This document shows positions 54,568-64,000 of a stretch of 64,000 bases of DNA, in pieces (position 1 is the first letter of the stretch; each line of letters begins with the position of its first letter). Under the pieces are notes generated by a model, which was given only the letters and a program-made list of their open reading frames with translations, did not search any database and had not been told where the DNA came from. The DNA lies in NCBI GenBank assembly GCA_965116025.1, contig OZ220480.1:1920001-1984000 (forward strand), given 5' to 3'. The DNA is from an uncultured candidatus Porisulfidus sp. (lineage in GTDB: Bacteria; Pseudomonadota; Gammaproteobacteria; Poriferisulfidales; Poriferisulfidaceae). The position numbers and the translations under genes are program-made.

Positions 54568-57477
54568 ATGACCGCCACGCCCCCTGAACCCGGACCAGCC
54601 AAAACGCCCGCCCCCACCACGACCGACATCGCCACCGGCGCGCCGCGCCCCGACGAGCCCACCGAGGCCAGCCTTCGAGCCGCGGCTCCCGGAACCTACC
54701 GGGTGATTCGCCGCAACCGCCAACTGACGCCCTTCGACGAATCCAAGATCCAGGTCGCCATCACCAAGGCGTTCCTCGCCGTCGAAGGCGGCACGGGCGC
54801 CGCCTCCAGCCGCATCCATGAAGCGGTCGAGAAGCTGACTCGGCAGACCGTTCGCGCGCTGACGCGCAGCCACCCGGAAAACGGAACGTTTCACATCGAG
54901 GACATTCAGGACCATGTGGAGCTGGCCCTGATGCGCGGCGGCCACCACAAGGTCGCCCGGAAGTACGTCCTGTACCGGGAGGAGCGCGCCCGGGAGCGCG
55001 CCGAGATCGAGTCGAAAGAGCCGGGCGCCCGCCCGCCGGTGACATCCCTCCGGGTCAAGATGCCCGACGGCTCCCTGCGCCCGCTGGACGTGAAGCGCCT
55101 GCGCGCCCTCGCCGAGGAGGCCTGCCAAGGCGTCGAGGATGTCGAGCCCGGCCCCGTGGTCGAGGAGGCCTGCCGCAATCTGTACGACGGCGTTCCCGAA
55201 TCCGAGGTCGACCGCCAGCTGACGATCAGCACCCGCAGCCTGATCGAGAAGGAGCCCAACTACACGTTCGTCGCGGCGCGCCTGTTGCTGCGCGACCTGC
55301 GCCAAGAGGCGACGGAGTTCGTCTACGACGCGCCCATGCGAACGCGGGATACGGACGCGGGGATCACGGTCGACTACGCCGACTACTTTCCCCGCTACCT
55401 CCGCCGCGGCGTCGCGCTCGAGCTGCTCAGCCCGCATCTGGCCCAAGAGTACGATCTGGAGCGACTGGCGACCGCCATCGAGCCGGAGCGCGACTTGCGA
55501 TTCACCTATCTTGGCCTGCAGACGCTGTATGACCGCTACTTCATACATTCGGACCACACCCGTTTCGAGATGCCTCAGGCCTTTTTTATGCGCGTCGCCA
55601 TGGGCCTGGCCGGACCCGAGGTTGACCGCGAGGACCGAGCCATCGAGTTCTACCACCTGCTGTCGACCTTCGATTTCATGAGCTCGACCCCCACTCTGTT
55701 CAACTCGGGAACCCTACGCCCGCAGCTGTCCTCCTGCTACCTGACCACCGTGCCGGACGACCTGGACGGCATCTTCAGCTCCATCAAGGACGACGCCATG
55801 CTGTCGAAGTTCGCCGGCGGGCTCGGCAACGACTGGACGCGGATCCGCGCCATGGGCTCGCACATCAAGGGCACCAACGGACGCTCCCAAGGCGTGGTGC
55901 CGTTCCTGAAGGTCGCCAACGACACGGCCGTCGCCGTCAATCAAGGCGGCAAGCGCAAGGGCGCCATGTGCGCCTACCTCGAGACCTGGCACCTGGACAT
56001 CGAGGAGTTTCTGGAGTTGCGCAAGAACACCGGCGACGACCGGCGGCGCACGCACGACATGAACACCGCCAACTGGGTCCCGGACCTGTTCATGAAGCGC
56101 GTCGCCGAGAACGCCGAGTGGACCCTGTTCAGCCCAAGCGACGTCCCTGACCTGCACGATCTGGTCGGCGAGGACTTCGAGACCCGGTACGCCGAGTACG
56201 AGGAGATGGCGGCGAGCGGGCGGATCCCGCGCTTCAAGAAAGTCCGAGCCAAGGATCTGTGGCGAAAGATGCTCGGCATGTTGTACGAGACCGGCCACCC
56301 CTGGATCACCTTCAAGGACGTCTGCAACCTTCGCTCCCCCCAGCGGCATCAAGGCGTGGTCCACTCGTCCAACCTGTGCACCGAGATCACGCTCAACACG
56401 TCCGACGACGAGATCGCGGTGTGCAACCTCGGCTCCATCAACCTCGCCTCCCATACCGACGAGAACGGGCTGATGATGGAGAAGCTCGAGCGCACCGTGC
56501 GCGTCGCCATGCGCATGCTCGACAACGTCATCGACTACAACTACTACAGCGTGGCCAAGGCGCGCCGCTCCAACCTGCGCCACCGCCCAGTCGGCCTCGG
56601 CCTGATGGGCTTCCAGGACGCGCTGTACCGGCTGCGCCTCCCCTACGCCAGCGACGAGGCGGTCGAGTTCGCCGACCGATCCATGGAGGCGATCAGCTAC
56701 TTCGCCATCTCCGCGTCCATCGATCTGGCCCGAGAGCGGGGGGCCTATCCCAGTTTCCAGGGATCGCTGTGGTCCCAAGGAATCCTGCCCATCGACTCGA
56801 TCCGGAACGTGCGTCAGGCGCGCGGCGACGATCGGTTCTGCCAAATCAACGCCGACTCCACGCTGGACTGGGACCGCCTGCGCGAGAAGGCGCGCGGCGG
56901 GATCCGGAACTCCAACACGATGGCCATCGCGCCGACCGCCACCATCTCCAACATCGCCGGCGTGACGCAAAGCATCGAGCCCATCTACCAAAACCTGTTC
57001 GTCAAGTCCAACCTGTCCGGCGAATTCACGGTCGTCAACCTGCATCTGGTGCGCGACCTCAAGAAGCTAGGACTGTGGGACGACGTGATGATCAACGACC
57101 TCAAGCATTACAACGGAGGCATCCAGAACATCGCCCGCATCCCGGACGAGATCAAGCGCCTGTACACCACGGCCTTCGAGCTGGATCCGAGATGGCTGGT
57201 GGAGGCCGCCGCGCGCCGGCAAAAATGGATCGACCAAGCGCAGTCGCTGAACCTCTACATGGCCACGCCGTCGGGGCGCGACCTCGACAACCTGTACAAG
57301 CTCGCCTGGGTGCGCGGCCTGAAAACCACCTACTACCTGCGCTCGCTCGGCGCCACCCACGTCGAGAAGAGCACCGGCGACGCCCGCGGACAACTCAACG
57401 CGGTCGCCGCGAACGGCTCCTCCCCCGGCGCGCCCTCGTTCTGCTCCATGGACGAGGACTGCGAGGCCTGCCAGTGA
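54568..57477 (+). CDS. nrdA: Class Ia ribonucleotide reductase alpha subunit (two ATP cones)
   Basis: STPTLFNSG, LSSCYL, SSNLCTEI, KTTYYLRS, C-terminal CEACQ. Confidence 0.98.
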   Translation: MTATPPEPGPAKTPAPTTTDIATGAPRPDEPTEASLRAAAPGTYRVIRRNRQLTPFDESKIQVAITKAFLAVEGGTGAASSRIHEAVEKLTRQTVRALTRSHPENGTFHIEDIQDHVELALMRGGHHKVARKYVLYREERARERAEIESKEPGARPPVTSLRVKMPDGSLRPLDVKRLRALAEEACQGVEDVEPGPVVEEACRNLYDGVPESEVDRQLTISTRSLIEKEPNYTFVAARLLLRDLRQEATEFVYDAPMRTRDTDAGITVDYADYFPRYLRRGVALELLSPHLAQEYDLERLATAIEPERDLRFTYLGLQTLYDRYFIHSDHTRFEMPQAFFMRVAMGLAGPEVDREDRAIEFYHLLSTFDFMSSTPTLFNSGTLRPQLSSCYLTTVPDDLDGIFSSIKDDAMLSKFAGGLGNDWTRIRAMGSHIKGTNGRSQGVVPFLKVANDTAVAVNQGGKRKGAMCAYLETWHLDIEEFLELRKNTGDDRRRTHDMNTANWVPDLFMKRVAENAEWTLFSPSDVPDLHDLVGEDFETRYAEYEEMAASGRIPRFKKVRAKDLWRKMLGMLYETGHPWITFKDVCNLRSPQRHQGVVHSSNLCTEITLNTSDDEIAVCNLGSINLASHTDENGLMMEKLERTVRVAMRMLDNVIDYNYYSVAKARRSNLRHRPVGLGLMGFQDALYRLRLPYASDEAVEFADRSMEAISYFAISASIDLARERGAYPSFQGSLWSQGILPIDSIRNVRQARGDDRFCQINADSTLDWDRLREKARGGIRNSNTMAIAPTATISNIAGVTQSIEPIYQNLFVKSNLSGEFTVVNLHLVRDLKKLGLWDDVMINDLKHYNGGIQNIARIPDEIKRLYTTAFELDPRWLVEAAARRQKWIDQAQSLNLYMATPSGRDLDNLYKLAWVRGLKTTYYLRSLGATHVEKSTGDARGQLNAVAANGSSPGAPSFCSMDEDCEACQ

Positions 57478-57513
57478 GCCTCCCGATCACAATCGCACCA
57501 TAGGAGAACCTCC

Positions 57514-58698
57514 ATGACCGCCACCACGAACTCCTGGAACGACCCACTGTCTCCGTCGGACTCCCCGCCTCCCGCGCGCCCCTTAGACCCGGAAGCCGGC
57601 TTGCCGCCCCCTCCGAGCGCCGACCGCGAAGATGCCTCCGGGGCCGGGGCCACCGGCCTGGAAGCCCTGGAGATGGGAGCGGCCCGCATCCAGGTCGACG
57701 ACAAGCGGATCATCAACTGCCGCGCCGACCTGAACCAGCTGGTTCCCTTCAAGTACGCTTGGGCCTGGGAGAAATACCTGGCCGCCTGCAACAACCACTG
57801 GATGCCGCAGGAAATCAACATGAGCGCGGATATCGAGCTGTGGAAGAGCCCGGACGGCCTGACCGAGGACGAGCGCGTGATCGTCCAGCGCAACCTCGGG
57901 TTCTTCTCCACCGCCGACTCGCTAGTGGCGAACAATCTGGTGCTGGCCGTGTATCGGCACATCACCAACCCGGAATGCCGGCAGTACCTGCTCCGCCAAG
58001 CCTTCGAGGAGGCCATCCACACGCACGCCTACCAATACTGCGTGGAATCGCTGGGACTGGACCAGGGCGAGGTCTTCAACATGTACCGCGAGCTTCCGTC
58101 CGTGGCCCGAAAGGCGGAATGGGCGCTGCCCTTCACCCAGAGCCTGGGAGACCCCCTCTTCCAGACCGGAACACACGAGAACGATCAGCGCCTGCTGCGC
58201 GACCTGATCGCGTTCTACGTCGTGTTCGAGGGAATCTTCTTCTACGTCGGCTTCTCGCAGATCCTGTCTATGGGCCGACGCAACAAGCTGACCGGCGTCG
58301 CCGAGCAGTTCCAGTACATCCTGCGCGACGAATCCATGCACATGAATTTCGGGATCGACGTCATCAACCAGATCAAGATCGAGAACCCGAAGCTGTGGTC
58401 CGGAGCGTTCCAGCAGCGCATGATCGATCTGGTACTGGAAGGCGTGGATCTGGAGGTCGCCTACGCCTACGACACCATGCCGCGCGGCATTCTCGGGATG
58501 AACGCCCCCGTGTTCGAGGAGTACGTCAAGTTCATCGCCAACCGCAGACTGGCCCAGATCGGCCTGCCCGACCAGTTCCCCGGAGCGAAAAACCCGTTTC
58601 CATGGATGTCCGAGGCCTTGGATCTGAATAAGGAGAAGAACTTCTTCGAGACCCGGGTGACGGAATACCAGACCGGAGGCGCGCTGAACTGGGACTAG
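57514..58698 (+). CDS. nrdB: Class Ia ribonucleotide reductase beta subunit
   Basis: [33 protein letters not shown]. Confidence 0.98.
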   Translation: MTATTNSWNDPLSPSDSPPPARPLDPEAGLPPPPSADREDASGAGATGLEALEMGAARIQVDDKRIINCRADLNQLVPFKYAWAWEKYLAACNNHWMPQEINMSADIELWKSPDGLTEDERVIVQRNLGFFSTADSLVANNLVLAVYRHITNPECRQYLLRQAFEEAIHTHAYQYCVESLGLDQGEVFNMYRELPSVARKAEWALPFTQSLGDPLFQTGTHENDQRLLRDLIAFYVVFEGIFFYVGFSQILSMGRRNKLTGVAEQFQYILRDESMHMNFGIDVINQIKIENPKLWSGAFQQRMIDLVLEGVDLEVAYAYDTMPRGILGMNAPVFEEYVKFIANRRLAQIGLPDQFPGAKNPFPWMSEALDLNKEKNFFETRVTEYQTGGALNWD

Positions 58699-58754
58699 AT
58701 CTCAGTCACGCACCGCTCTGACGCGCGCGTCGCCGGCGCGCCAAACCTCGGTCC

Positions 58755-60440
58755 ATGTTCGACCCGCCTACCTGGCGCGACGCCCAGCCCCTCACCCTCC
58801 GCAACCGGGTCGGCCTTTGGCTCGGGCCGCTGGCGTTCGTCCTGATCCTCGCGTTCGCGGACATCGATCCCGGAAACCCGACGGTCACTCGCATGGTGGC
58901 CATCACCGCGTGGATGGCCATCTGGTGGATCAGCGAAGCCATCCCGATCGCCGCCACCGCCTTGATGCCGCTGGCTCTGTTCCCGACCATGGGCGTCATG
59001 CATGGCCGCCATGTCGAGGTCTCCGGGAAAATCGACTTCGGGAGCGCCGCGCTCGGCGACGGACTGACCCCGGGGGATCTGAGCGTCAGCCTCCACAGCG
59101 TGGCCGGGCAGTACATGGGCTGGGTCACGTTTCTCCTGCTGGGAGGATTCCTGGTCGCCATCGCGGTGCAGAAATGGAATCTGCACCGGCGCGTCGCGCT
59201 GGGCATTCTTCGGATCATGGGAAACCGACCCGACGCCCTCGTGCTCGGCTTCATGCTGTCGGCCGCCTTCCTCTCGATGTGGCTATCCAATACCGCCACC
59301 ACCATGATGCTGCTCCCGATCGCGCTGTCCGTCTCCCTGCTCCGCGAGGAGTTTCGCGCAACCCAGCCCAGCGCCGGGGCTTCCGCGCATCCGCGCGAGA
59401 GAAATTTCTCCCTCGCCCTGCTGCTGGGACTCGCGTATTCGGCCTCTATCGGCGGCATGGCCACGCTGACCGGAACGCCGCCCAACGCCATTCTGGTCGC
59501 TCAGTTCGGGCTGCTGTACCCCGAAGCGCCACCCATCTCGTTCGCCTCCTGGTCGATGATGGCCATGCCTTTCTCGCTGCTGTTCCTGGGATGCGCCTGG
59601 TTGCTCCTGACCCGCGTGGTCTTTCCACTACCGCCATCGGACCAGTTCGGCGAACGCGACTCGATCCGCCGCCAATACCAAGATCTCGAGCCCATGAGCC
59701 CCGAGGAGAAAAAGGTTCTGGCGGTATTCGTCACCTTGGTCGTCCTGTGGTTCACTCGCAAAAAATTCCTGTTCGGTGGTGACTCGTCGGGAGGATGGAG
59801 CCATTATCTCGACGCGTTTCTAGCCCGGCTGGACATCTCCGCGATCGGCCCGATGCTCGACGATGGCACGGTTGCCATCGCCATGGCGCTTCTTCTGTTC
59901 GCGCTCCCCGCCCGCTCCGCGCGAGGCCGGCTTCTGGACGCGGACGACCTGGCCAAAGTTCCTTGGGGCGTGCTGATTCTCTTCGGCGGCGGACTGGCTT
60001 TGGCCAAGGGCTTCGACGTGTCCGGGCTCTCCGCCTGGGTGGCCCAGGAATTCGAGACGCTTCTGCGCGACAGCAACCCGCTCGTCGTGGTGGCGAGCAC
60101 GGCCGGCTTCATCACTGGTCTGACCGAGCTGACCTCCAACACGGCCACCACCGCCACGGCCATTCCCATCATGGCGAGCCTAGCGCAAGGCATTGGCGCG
60201 CACCCTCTGCTATTGCTGATCCCAACGGCCTTGGCCGCTTCCTGCGCCTTCATGCTGCCAATCTCCACTCCGCCCAACGCCATCGTCTACGGATCGCGGA
60301 GAATTCCGATCATGAAGATGGTCGCCGCGGGGATCTGGCTTGACATCCTTTCGGTCATCATCCTGACCGCGCTGGTCTTCAGTCTCGGCGATTGGGTCTT
60401 CGGATTGCTGGGCGAAGTTCCGAGCTGGTCCTCGCGGTGA
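58755..60440 (+). CDS. SLC13/DASS sodium:anion symporter
   Basis: SMWLSNTAT, GTPPNA, TELTSNTAT, AFMLPISTPPNAIV; many TMs. Confidence 0.93.
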   Translation: MFDPPTWRDAQPLTLRNRVGLWLGPLAFVLILAFADIDPGNPTVTRMVAITAWMAIWWISEAIPIAATALMPLALFPTMGVMHGRHVEVSGKIDFGSAALGDGLTPGDLSVSLHSVAGQYMGWVTFLLLGGFLVAIAVQKWNLHRRVALGILRIMGNRPDALVLGFMLSAAFLSMWLSNTATTMMLLPIALSVSLLREEFRATQPSAGASAHPRERNFSLALLLGLAYSASIGGMATLTGTPPNAILVAQFGLLYPEAPPISFASWSMMAMPFSLLFLGCAWLLLTRVVFPLPPSDQFGERDSIRRQYQDLEPMSPEEKKVLAVFVTLVVLWFTRKKFLFGGDSSGGWSHYLDAFLARLDISAIGPMLDDGTVAIAMALLLFALPARSARGRLLDADDLAKVPWGVLILFGGGLALAKGFDVSGLSAWVAQEFETLLRDSNPLVVVASTAGFITGLTELTSNTATTATAIPIMASLAQGIGAHPLLLLIPTALAASCAFMLPISTPPNAIVYGSRRIPIMKMVAAGIWLDILSVIILTALVFSLGDWVFGLLGEVPSWSSR

Positions 60441-60527
60441 ATCACCGAACCCGTTCCCTTCGCGCCTCGGAACCGTCGCGTGCGAAGTCGTTTTGCTGAT
60501 TCGGCGATTCCGCGTATAGTGCCGCCC

Positions 60528-61220
60528 ATGCCCGCTTTGGCCAACCGAATCGCGATCGTCACCGGGGCCGCTGGCGCGCTAGGTCAGGCCACGGCTCGAC
60601 GTTTTCAAGAACGTGGCGCGACCGTCGTGGCCGTGGACCGCGAAGCCCAACTACTGAAAGCAATAACGGCCGCCACGTCCCTCGTCTGCGACCTGACCGA
60701 CGAGGAATCCACGCACGCGACCTTCGAACGGATCCACCAAGCCTACGGGCGCGTTGATATTCTCGCGAACGTCGCCGGAGGTTTCGCCATGGGTCCGCGA
60801 GTCGAGGAAACATCTCTCGAAGACTGGACGAGCATGCTTCGGACCAACGCCCTTACCGCCTGGCTGGCATGCAGGCACGCCTTGCCCATCATGCGGGCGG
60901 CGGATTTCGGGCGGATCGTCAACGTAGGCGCCCGCGCCGCGAGAAGGCCAGGTGCGCGAATGGCGCCCTACTGCGTCTCGAAAGCGGCGGTGATCACTCT
61001 GACCGAGGTTTTGGCCGCCGAATGCGCCGAGACCGGCATCACGGCCAACTGCGTCCTCCCCGGCACCATCGACACCCCCCGCAACCGAGCCGATATGCCG
61101 GACGCCGACCACTCGAAATGGGTGCCTCCCGAGGATATCGCCGCCGCTATCGTCCACTTGGCCGATCCATCCAGCCGCTCCATCAACGGCGCTATCGTTC
61201 CGGTCTACGGGCGTAGTTGA
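60528..61220 (+). CDS. Short-chain dehydrogenase/reductase
   Basis: TGAAGALG, NVAG, YCVSK, PGTIDT. Confidence 0.93.
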   Translation: MPALANRIAIVTGAAGALGQATARRFQERGATVVAVDREAQLLKAITAATSLVCDLTDEESTHATFERIHQAYGRVDILANVAGGFAMGPRVEETSLEDWTSMLRTNALTAWLACRHALPIMRAADFGRIVNVGARAARRPGARMAPYCVSKAAVITLTEVLAAECAETGITANCVLPGTIDTPRNRADMPDADHSKWVPPEDIAAAIVHLADPSSRSINGAIVPVYGRS

Positions 61221-61279
61221 CGAAAGCGAGCCCCGAGACTCCTCAAGGAGAGCGCCATCCTCCACGGCGGAACGGATGG

Positions 61280-62206
61280 CTATCGAATCAGAATTCGCTT
61301 GACCGCGTACCCGCCGTAAAATTCCTGTCCAAGCAACGACAACACGCCATTCTTCCCATACAGATGCAAAGCTCCGATGGCGATGAACGAATTCCCCCTT
61401 TGGAGCGGCCCCTGCATGTAATGCGCCATCACGACGCTTCGAATGTCGATCGCATGCTTCAGATATGCCTCGCGGTGCTTCCGCTTGCTCGGATCCTTGT
61501 CGATAAAATCTGTCGAGAGATCCATCATGGCCTGCAAATCCTCTCGCCCATAAGCTTGCACGATCTCCTCCATGGTGTCGCGCATCTCTGGAAACGCGCG
61601 CAGCTTGTCCTTCAGCAAAGAGACTTGCGAGTCCATCGGCATCGCGTAGAACGCGGCCAGCAGTTCTTCCGGGCTTTCGATCTGATACAACTCCTTGTTC
61701 TGCAACACCGCGAGGTCCAGAAGCTTTTGGTCCACGATCGGCCCATGGTGCTCCGACTTGATCGCGATGCTATGGATCGCGGCCCATGGCTTGACGCGAC
61801 GGGCGAATTCCTCATCCACGTAGTTTCGCCGGAGGATCTCGTATACTTCCCGCGCCAACTCCTTGCCCGCGACCTCAGCGAGCGTCTGCTCGTCCGGCAG
61901 CATCATGCGCCCGCGAATATTCTGAAGCCCATGGTAGGGATTCCATAATTCGCTCCCTGGAAACGCCTCAATCGCGTAGCCCGAAGACTTAGCAAACACG
62001 TCCATAACCCGTTTCGGGACTCTCGTGACGCGCTCATCATTGCTGTGGATCGTGCCGAGAATGTGCCCGGCCACCCTGCCATCCTTGCTCACCTGCCAAA
62101 AAACGCCTTCCGAATATGGCGCCGGCCTCTGAGTCACATAGGCCGATCCTGACAGCAAAACAAGCAACAGCGCGAACAGCGCGGCCGGAGTGAAACGGTC
62201 GGACAT
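61280..62206 (-). CDS. TraB/GumN family protein
   Basis: Signal peptide, FWQVSK...HILGTIH, IES, FIAIGALHLYG. Confidence 0.88.
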   Translation of the reverse strand: MSDRFTPAALFALLLVLLSGSAYVTQRPAPYSEGVFWQVSKDGRVAGHILGTIHSNDERVTRVPKRVMDVFAKSSGYAIEAFPGSELWNPYHGLQNIRGRMMLPDEQTLAEVAGKELAREVYEILRRNYVDEEFARRVKPWAAIHSIAIKSEHHGPIVDQKLLDLAVLQNKELYQIESPEELLAAFYAMPMDSQVSLLKDKLRAFPEMRDTMEEIVQAYGREDLQAMMDLSTDFIDKDPSKRKHREAYLKHAIDIRSVVMAHYMQGPLQRGNSFIAIGALHLYGKNGVLSLLGQEFYGGYAVKRILIR

Positions 62207-62357
62207 CTTGCTTAAGGCGCGAGAGGAAATTTCCACGAAAGTCTATCACAGAGACTTCGCCTCTCTCCACTCAAGTTTCGCGCTCGCTCGAACTCGGAAG
62301 CGACTCCCTCGCTCCATAGCGAGTTATCTCTCACGCGCTATTTCTATCCGCGCGCGC

Positions 62358-64000
62358 TCACCACTGGAGGGAGGCGCGCAAGGCGATCCGGCTCTCGTCG
62401 CCGGTCTCCGCCTCCAGCGCCAGCGCCAGCGTCTCGCCACGGCGGTAGCGCGTCCCCAGCCGCAGCAGCGCCAACCCGGACTCCTCCACCGACAGCCCCG
62501 CGTACGGCGTCGCCAGCCCCGCCCACGGCCCCGACAGCCCCTGACCCACCTCCGCCTCCAGCCGCGTCCGAGCCTCCGCCTCCCCCAGCCTCGCCGACGA
62601 CCCCTCCCGCGCGAACAGCCGCGCCAGCCCGCTCCCCGCGTCGCCCCGACCCAGCGACAGCCGCAGCGACGGACCCCGACCGCTCGCCTCCGGCGTCACC
62701 GACATCCGCGCGCTCGCGCTCCACTCGTCGCGATCCGCCTCGTGCGCCACCAGCGCCCGCGTCCGAAGCTCCACCGACATCCGACCCGTCCCGTCCAAGT
62801 ACGACACGCTCGCCCCCAGCTCCGCCCCGGCCCCGTCCGTCGCGTCGCCCCCGTCGTAGCGCGCCCCCGCCTCCAGCGCCGGCGTCAGCCTGCCCCCGTC
62901 CTCCAAGACCCGCTCCCGCGACCCCTCCAGCGCCAGCCGCACCCGGCTCGCGTCCACCGACAGCCCCTCCAGCCCGTCCTCCGCGTCCGTCCGCGCCCGC
63001 GCCAGCGAGCCCTCCCCCCGCAGCGCCAATCGCAGAACGTCTCCTCCCGCGCCCGAGCGCTCCGACAGCGTCCGCCAGCCCCCCGCCGACGCGCTCCGCG
63101 TCCGCAAGTCCGCCTCCCGCGTCGCCTGACCATCCTCCCGCACCCGAACCTTCCCGCGCCCGTAGCTCGCGCTCGCCCACAAGCTCGACCCGTCCTCCAA
63201 AAGCCACGCCATATACGGGCGCACCGACGCCAGCCGCGTCTCGTGCCGCCCCCGAACCCCGTCCGCCTCCGTGTCCAGATCGCCCTCCGCGTAGGACGCC
63301 GCCACCCCCGCCAGAACGTCCGGGCGCGCCCGGAAGTCCACCCCGGCGTGCGCCGACCACACCTCCCCGTCCCAGGACACCCCGTCCTCCGACCCGTCCA
63401 GCGACGACAGCGCCCCGCGAACCCAGACCGACGCCACCCGGCTCCCGTCCGCCCCGGTCAATCCCGTCGCCAGCGCCGTCCCGGACAACGCCGCCCGCCA
63501 GTCCAGCCCGGCCCCGTCCGCGCCCGCCCCCGACGCCAGCGCCGCGCCCAGGTCCAGCGCCTCCGGCTCCACCCCCGACGCCGCGAGCTCGATCCGCCGC
63601 GCGATCACCCCGGTCGCCTGCGCCACCGCCGCCGCCAGCGCCTGCGGCAGCGCCGCCGCGTTCACCCGGCTCGCCCGCGCCGCCGCCCCCAGCCGGTCGC
63701 TCACTATCCCGTCCGCCAGAGCGTCCGCCCCCACCGCGTAGCCCGTCCCCGACAGCAGCTCGACCCGGTACGCCTCCTCCCCCTCCGACCCCTGATCCCC
63801 TGCCGTCGGGATCAGCACGATCCCCGCCATCCCCGCCTCCGCCCCGAAGTCCGCCTGGAAGTCCCGCGGGCCCAGCCCGCCCTCGACGTCCTCCGCGTCG
63901 AAGCCGCTCTCCTCCCGCGCCGACAGCCTCAGGCGAACCGTCAGCATGCCCGTCACCGCCTTGTCCGACGCCACCGTCAGCCGGATCGCCTCCCCCTCCG
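62358..64000 (-). CDS. Autotransporter-type outer-membrane protein, C-terminal part (Calx-beta-like passenger fragment plus beta-barrel); starts beyond the window
   Basis: IPTAGDQGSEGEEAYRVELLSGTGYAVG; SVWVRG, LTPALEAGARYDGGD, terminal ALRASLQW; frame stays open to the window edge. Confidence 0.8.
   Translation of the reverse strand, partial: EGEAIRLTVASDKAVTGMLTVRLRLSAREESGFDAEDVEGGLGPRDFQADFGAEAGMAGIVLIPTAGDQGSEGEEAYRVELLSGTGYAVGADALADGIVSDRLGAAARASRVNAAALPQALAAAVAQATGVIARRIELAASGVEPEALDLGAALASGAGADGAGLDWRAALSGTALATGLTGADGSRVASVWVRGALSSLDGSEDGVSWDGEVWSAHAGVDFRARPDVLAGVAASYAEGDLDTEADGVRGRHETRLASVRPYMAWLLEDGSSLWASASYGRGKVRVREDGQATREADLRTRSASAGGWRTLSERSGAGGDVLRLALRGEGSLARARTDAEDGLEGLSVDASRVRLALEGSRERVLEDGGRLTPALEAGARYDGGDATDGAGAELGASVSYLDGTGRMSVELRTRALVAHEADRDEWSASARMSVTPEASGRGPSLRLSLGRGDAGSGLARLFAREGSSARLGEAEARTRLEAEVGQGLSGPWAGLATPYAGLSVEESGLALLRLGTRYRRGETLALALEAETGDESRIALRASLQW

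Noticed and set aside
57514-58698. Possible class Ic (Mn/Fe) RNR beta subunit
   Set aside because: The radical Tyr (EAIHTHAY) and first-ligand Asp are retained, consistent with class Ia.

Overview
High-GC gammaproteobacterial chromosome segment. It is mostly housekeeping genes: secD-yajC, tgt-queA, purA-hisZ, hflKC-hflX-hfq-miaA-mutL, tsaB-yoaA-ispFD-ftsB-eno, dcd-apbC, metG-nth, coq7-glcF and nrdAB. Four accessory blocks interrupt them. (1) A Fur-boxed metal-uptake cluster (imelysin, LbtU-like porin, di-heme protein) between tgt and yajC. (2) A doubly frameshifted orphan DNA methyltransferase between hflX and hflK. (3) An ~18 kb lower-GC defence island (about 19.0-37.4 kb) with two divergent operons separated by an intact IS1595 (25-bp IRs, 8-bp TSD). 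The leftward arm is long TIR, SLOG, ThsB-like TIR, a HEPN pseudogene and a Schlafen/AlbA_2 fusion. The rightward arm is SNF2-DUF3883 helicase, a 3-TM protein, a ThsB-like TIR, DUF1156 methylase, a DUF433/DUF5615 TA pair and DUF499 ATPase. (4) An HvfA/bufferin-type MNIO RiPP cluster next to an orphan DUF2857-like gene with a duplicated N-terminal repeat. The best candidates for an undescribed system are the TIR modules of the island. No rRNA, tRNA or CRISPR array was recognised. All family assignments come from motif recognition by eye, not from database searches.
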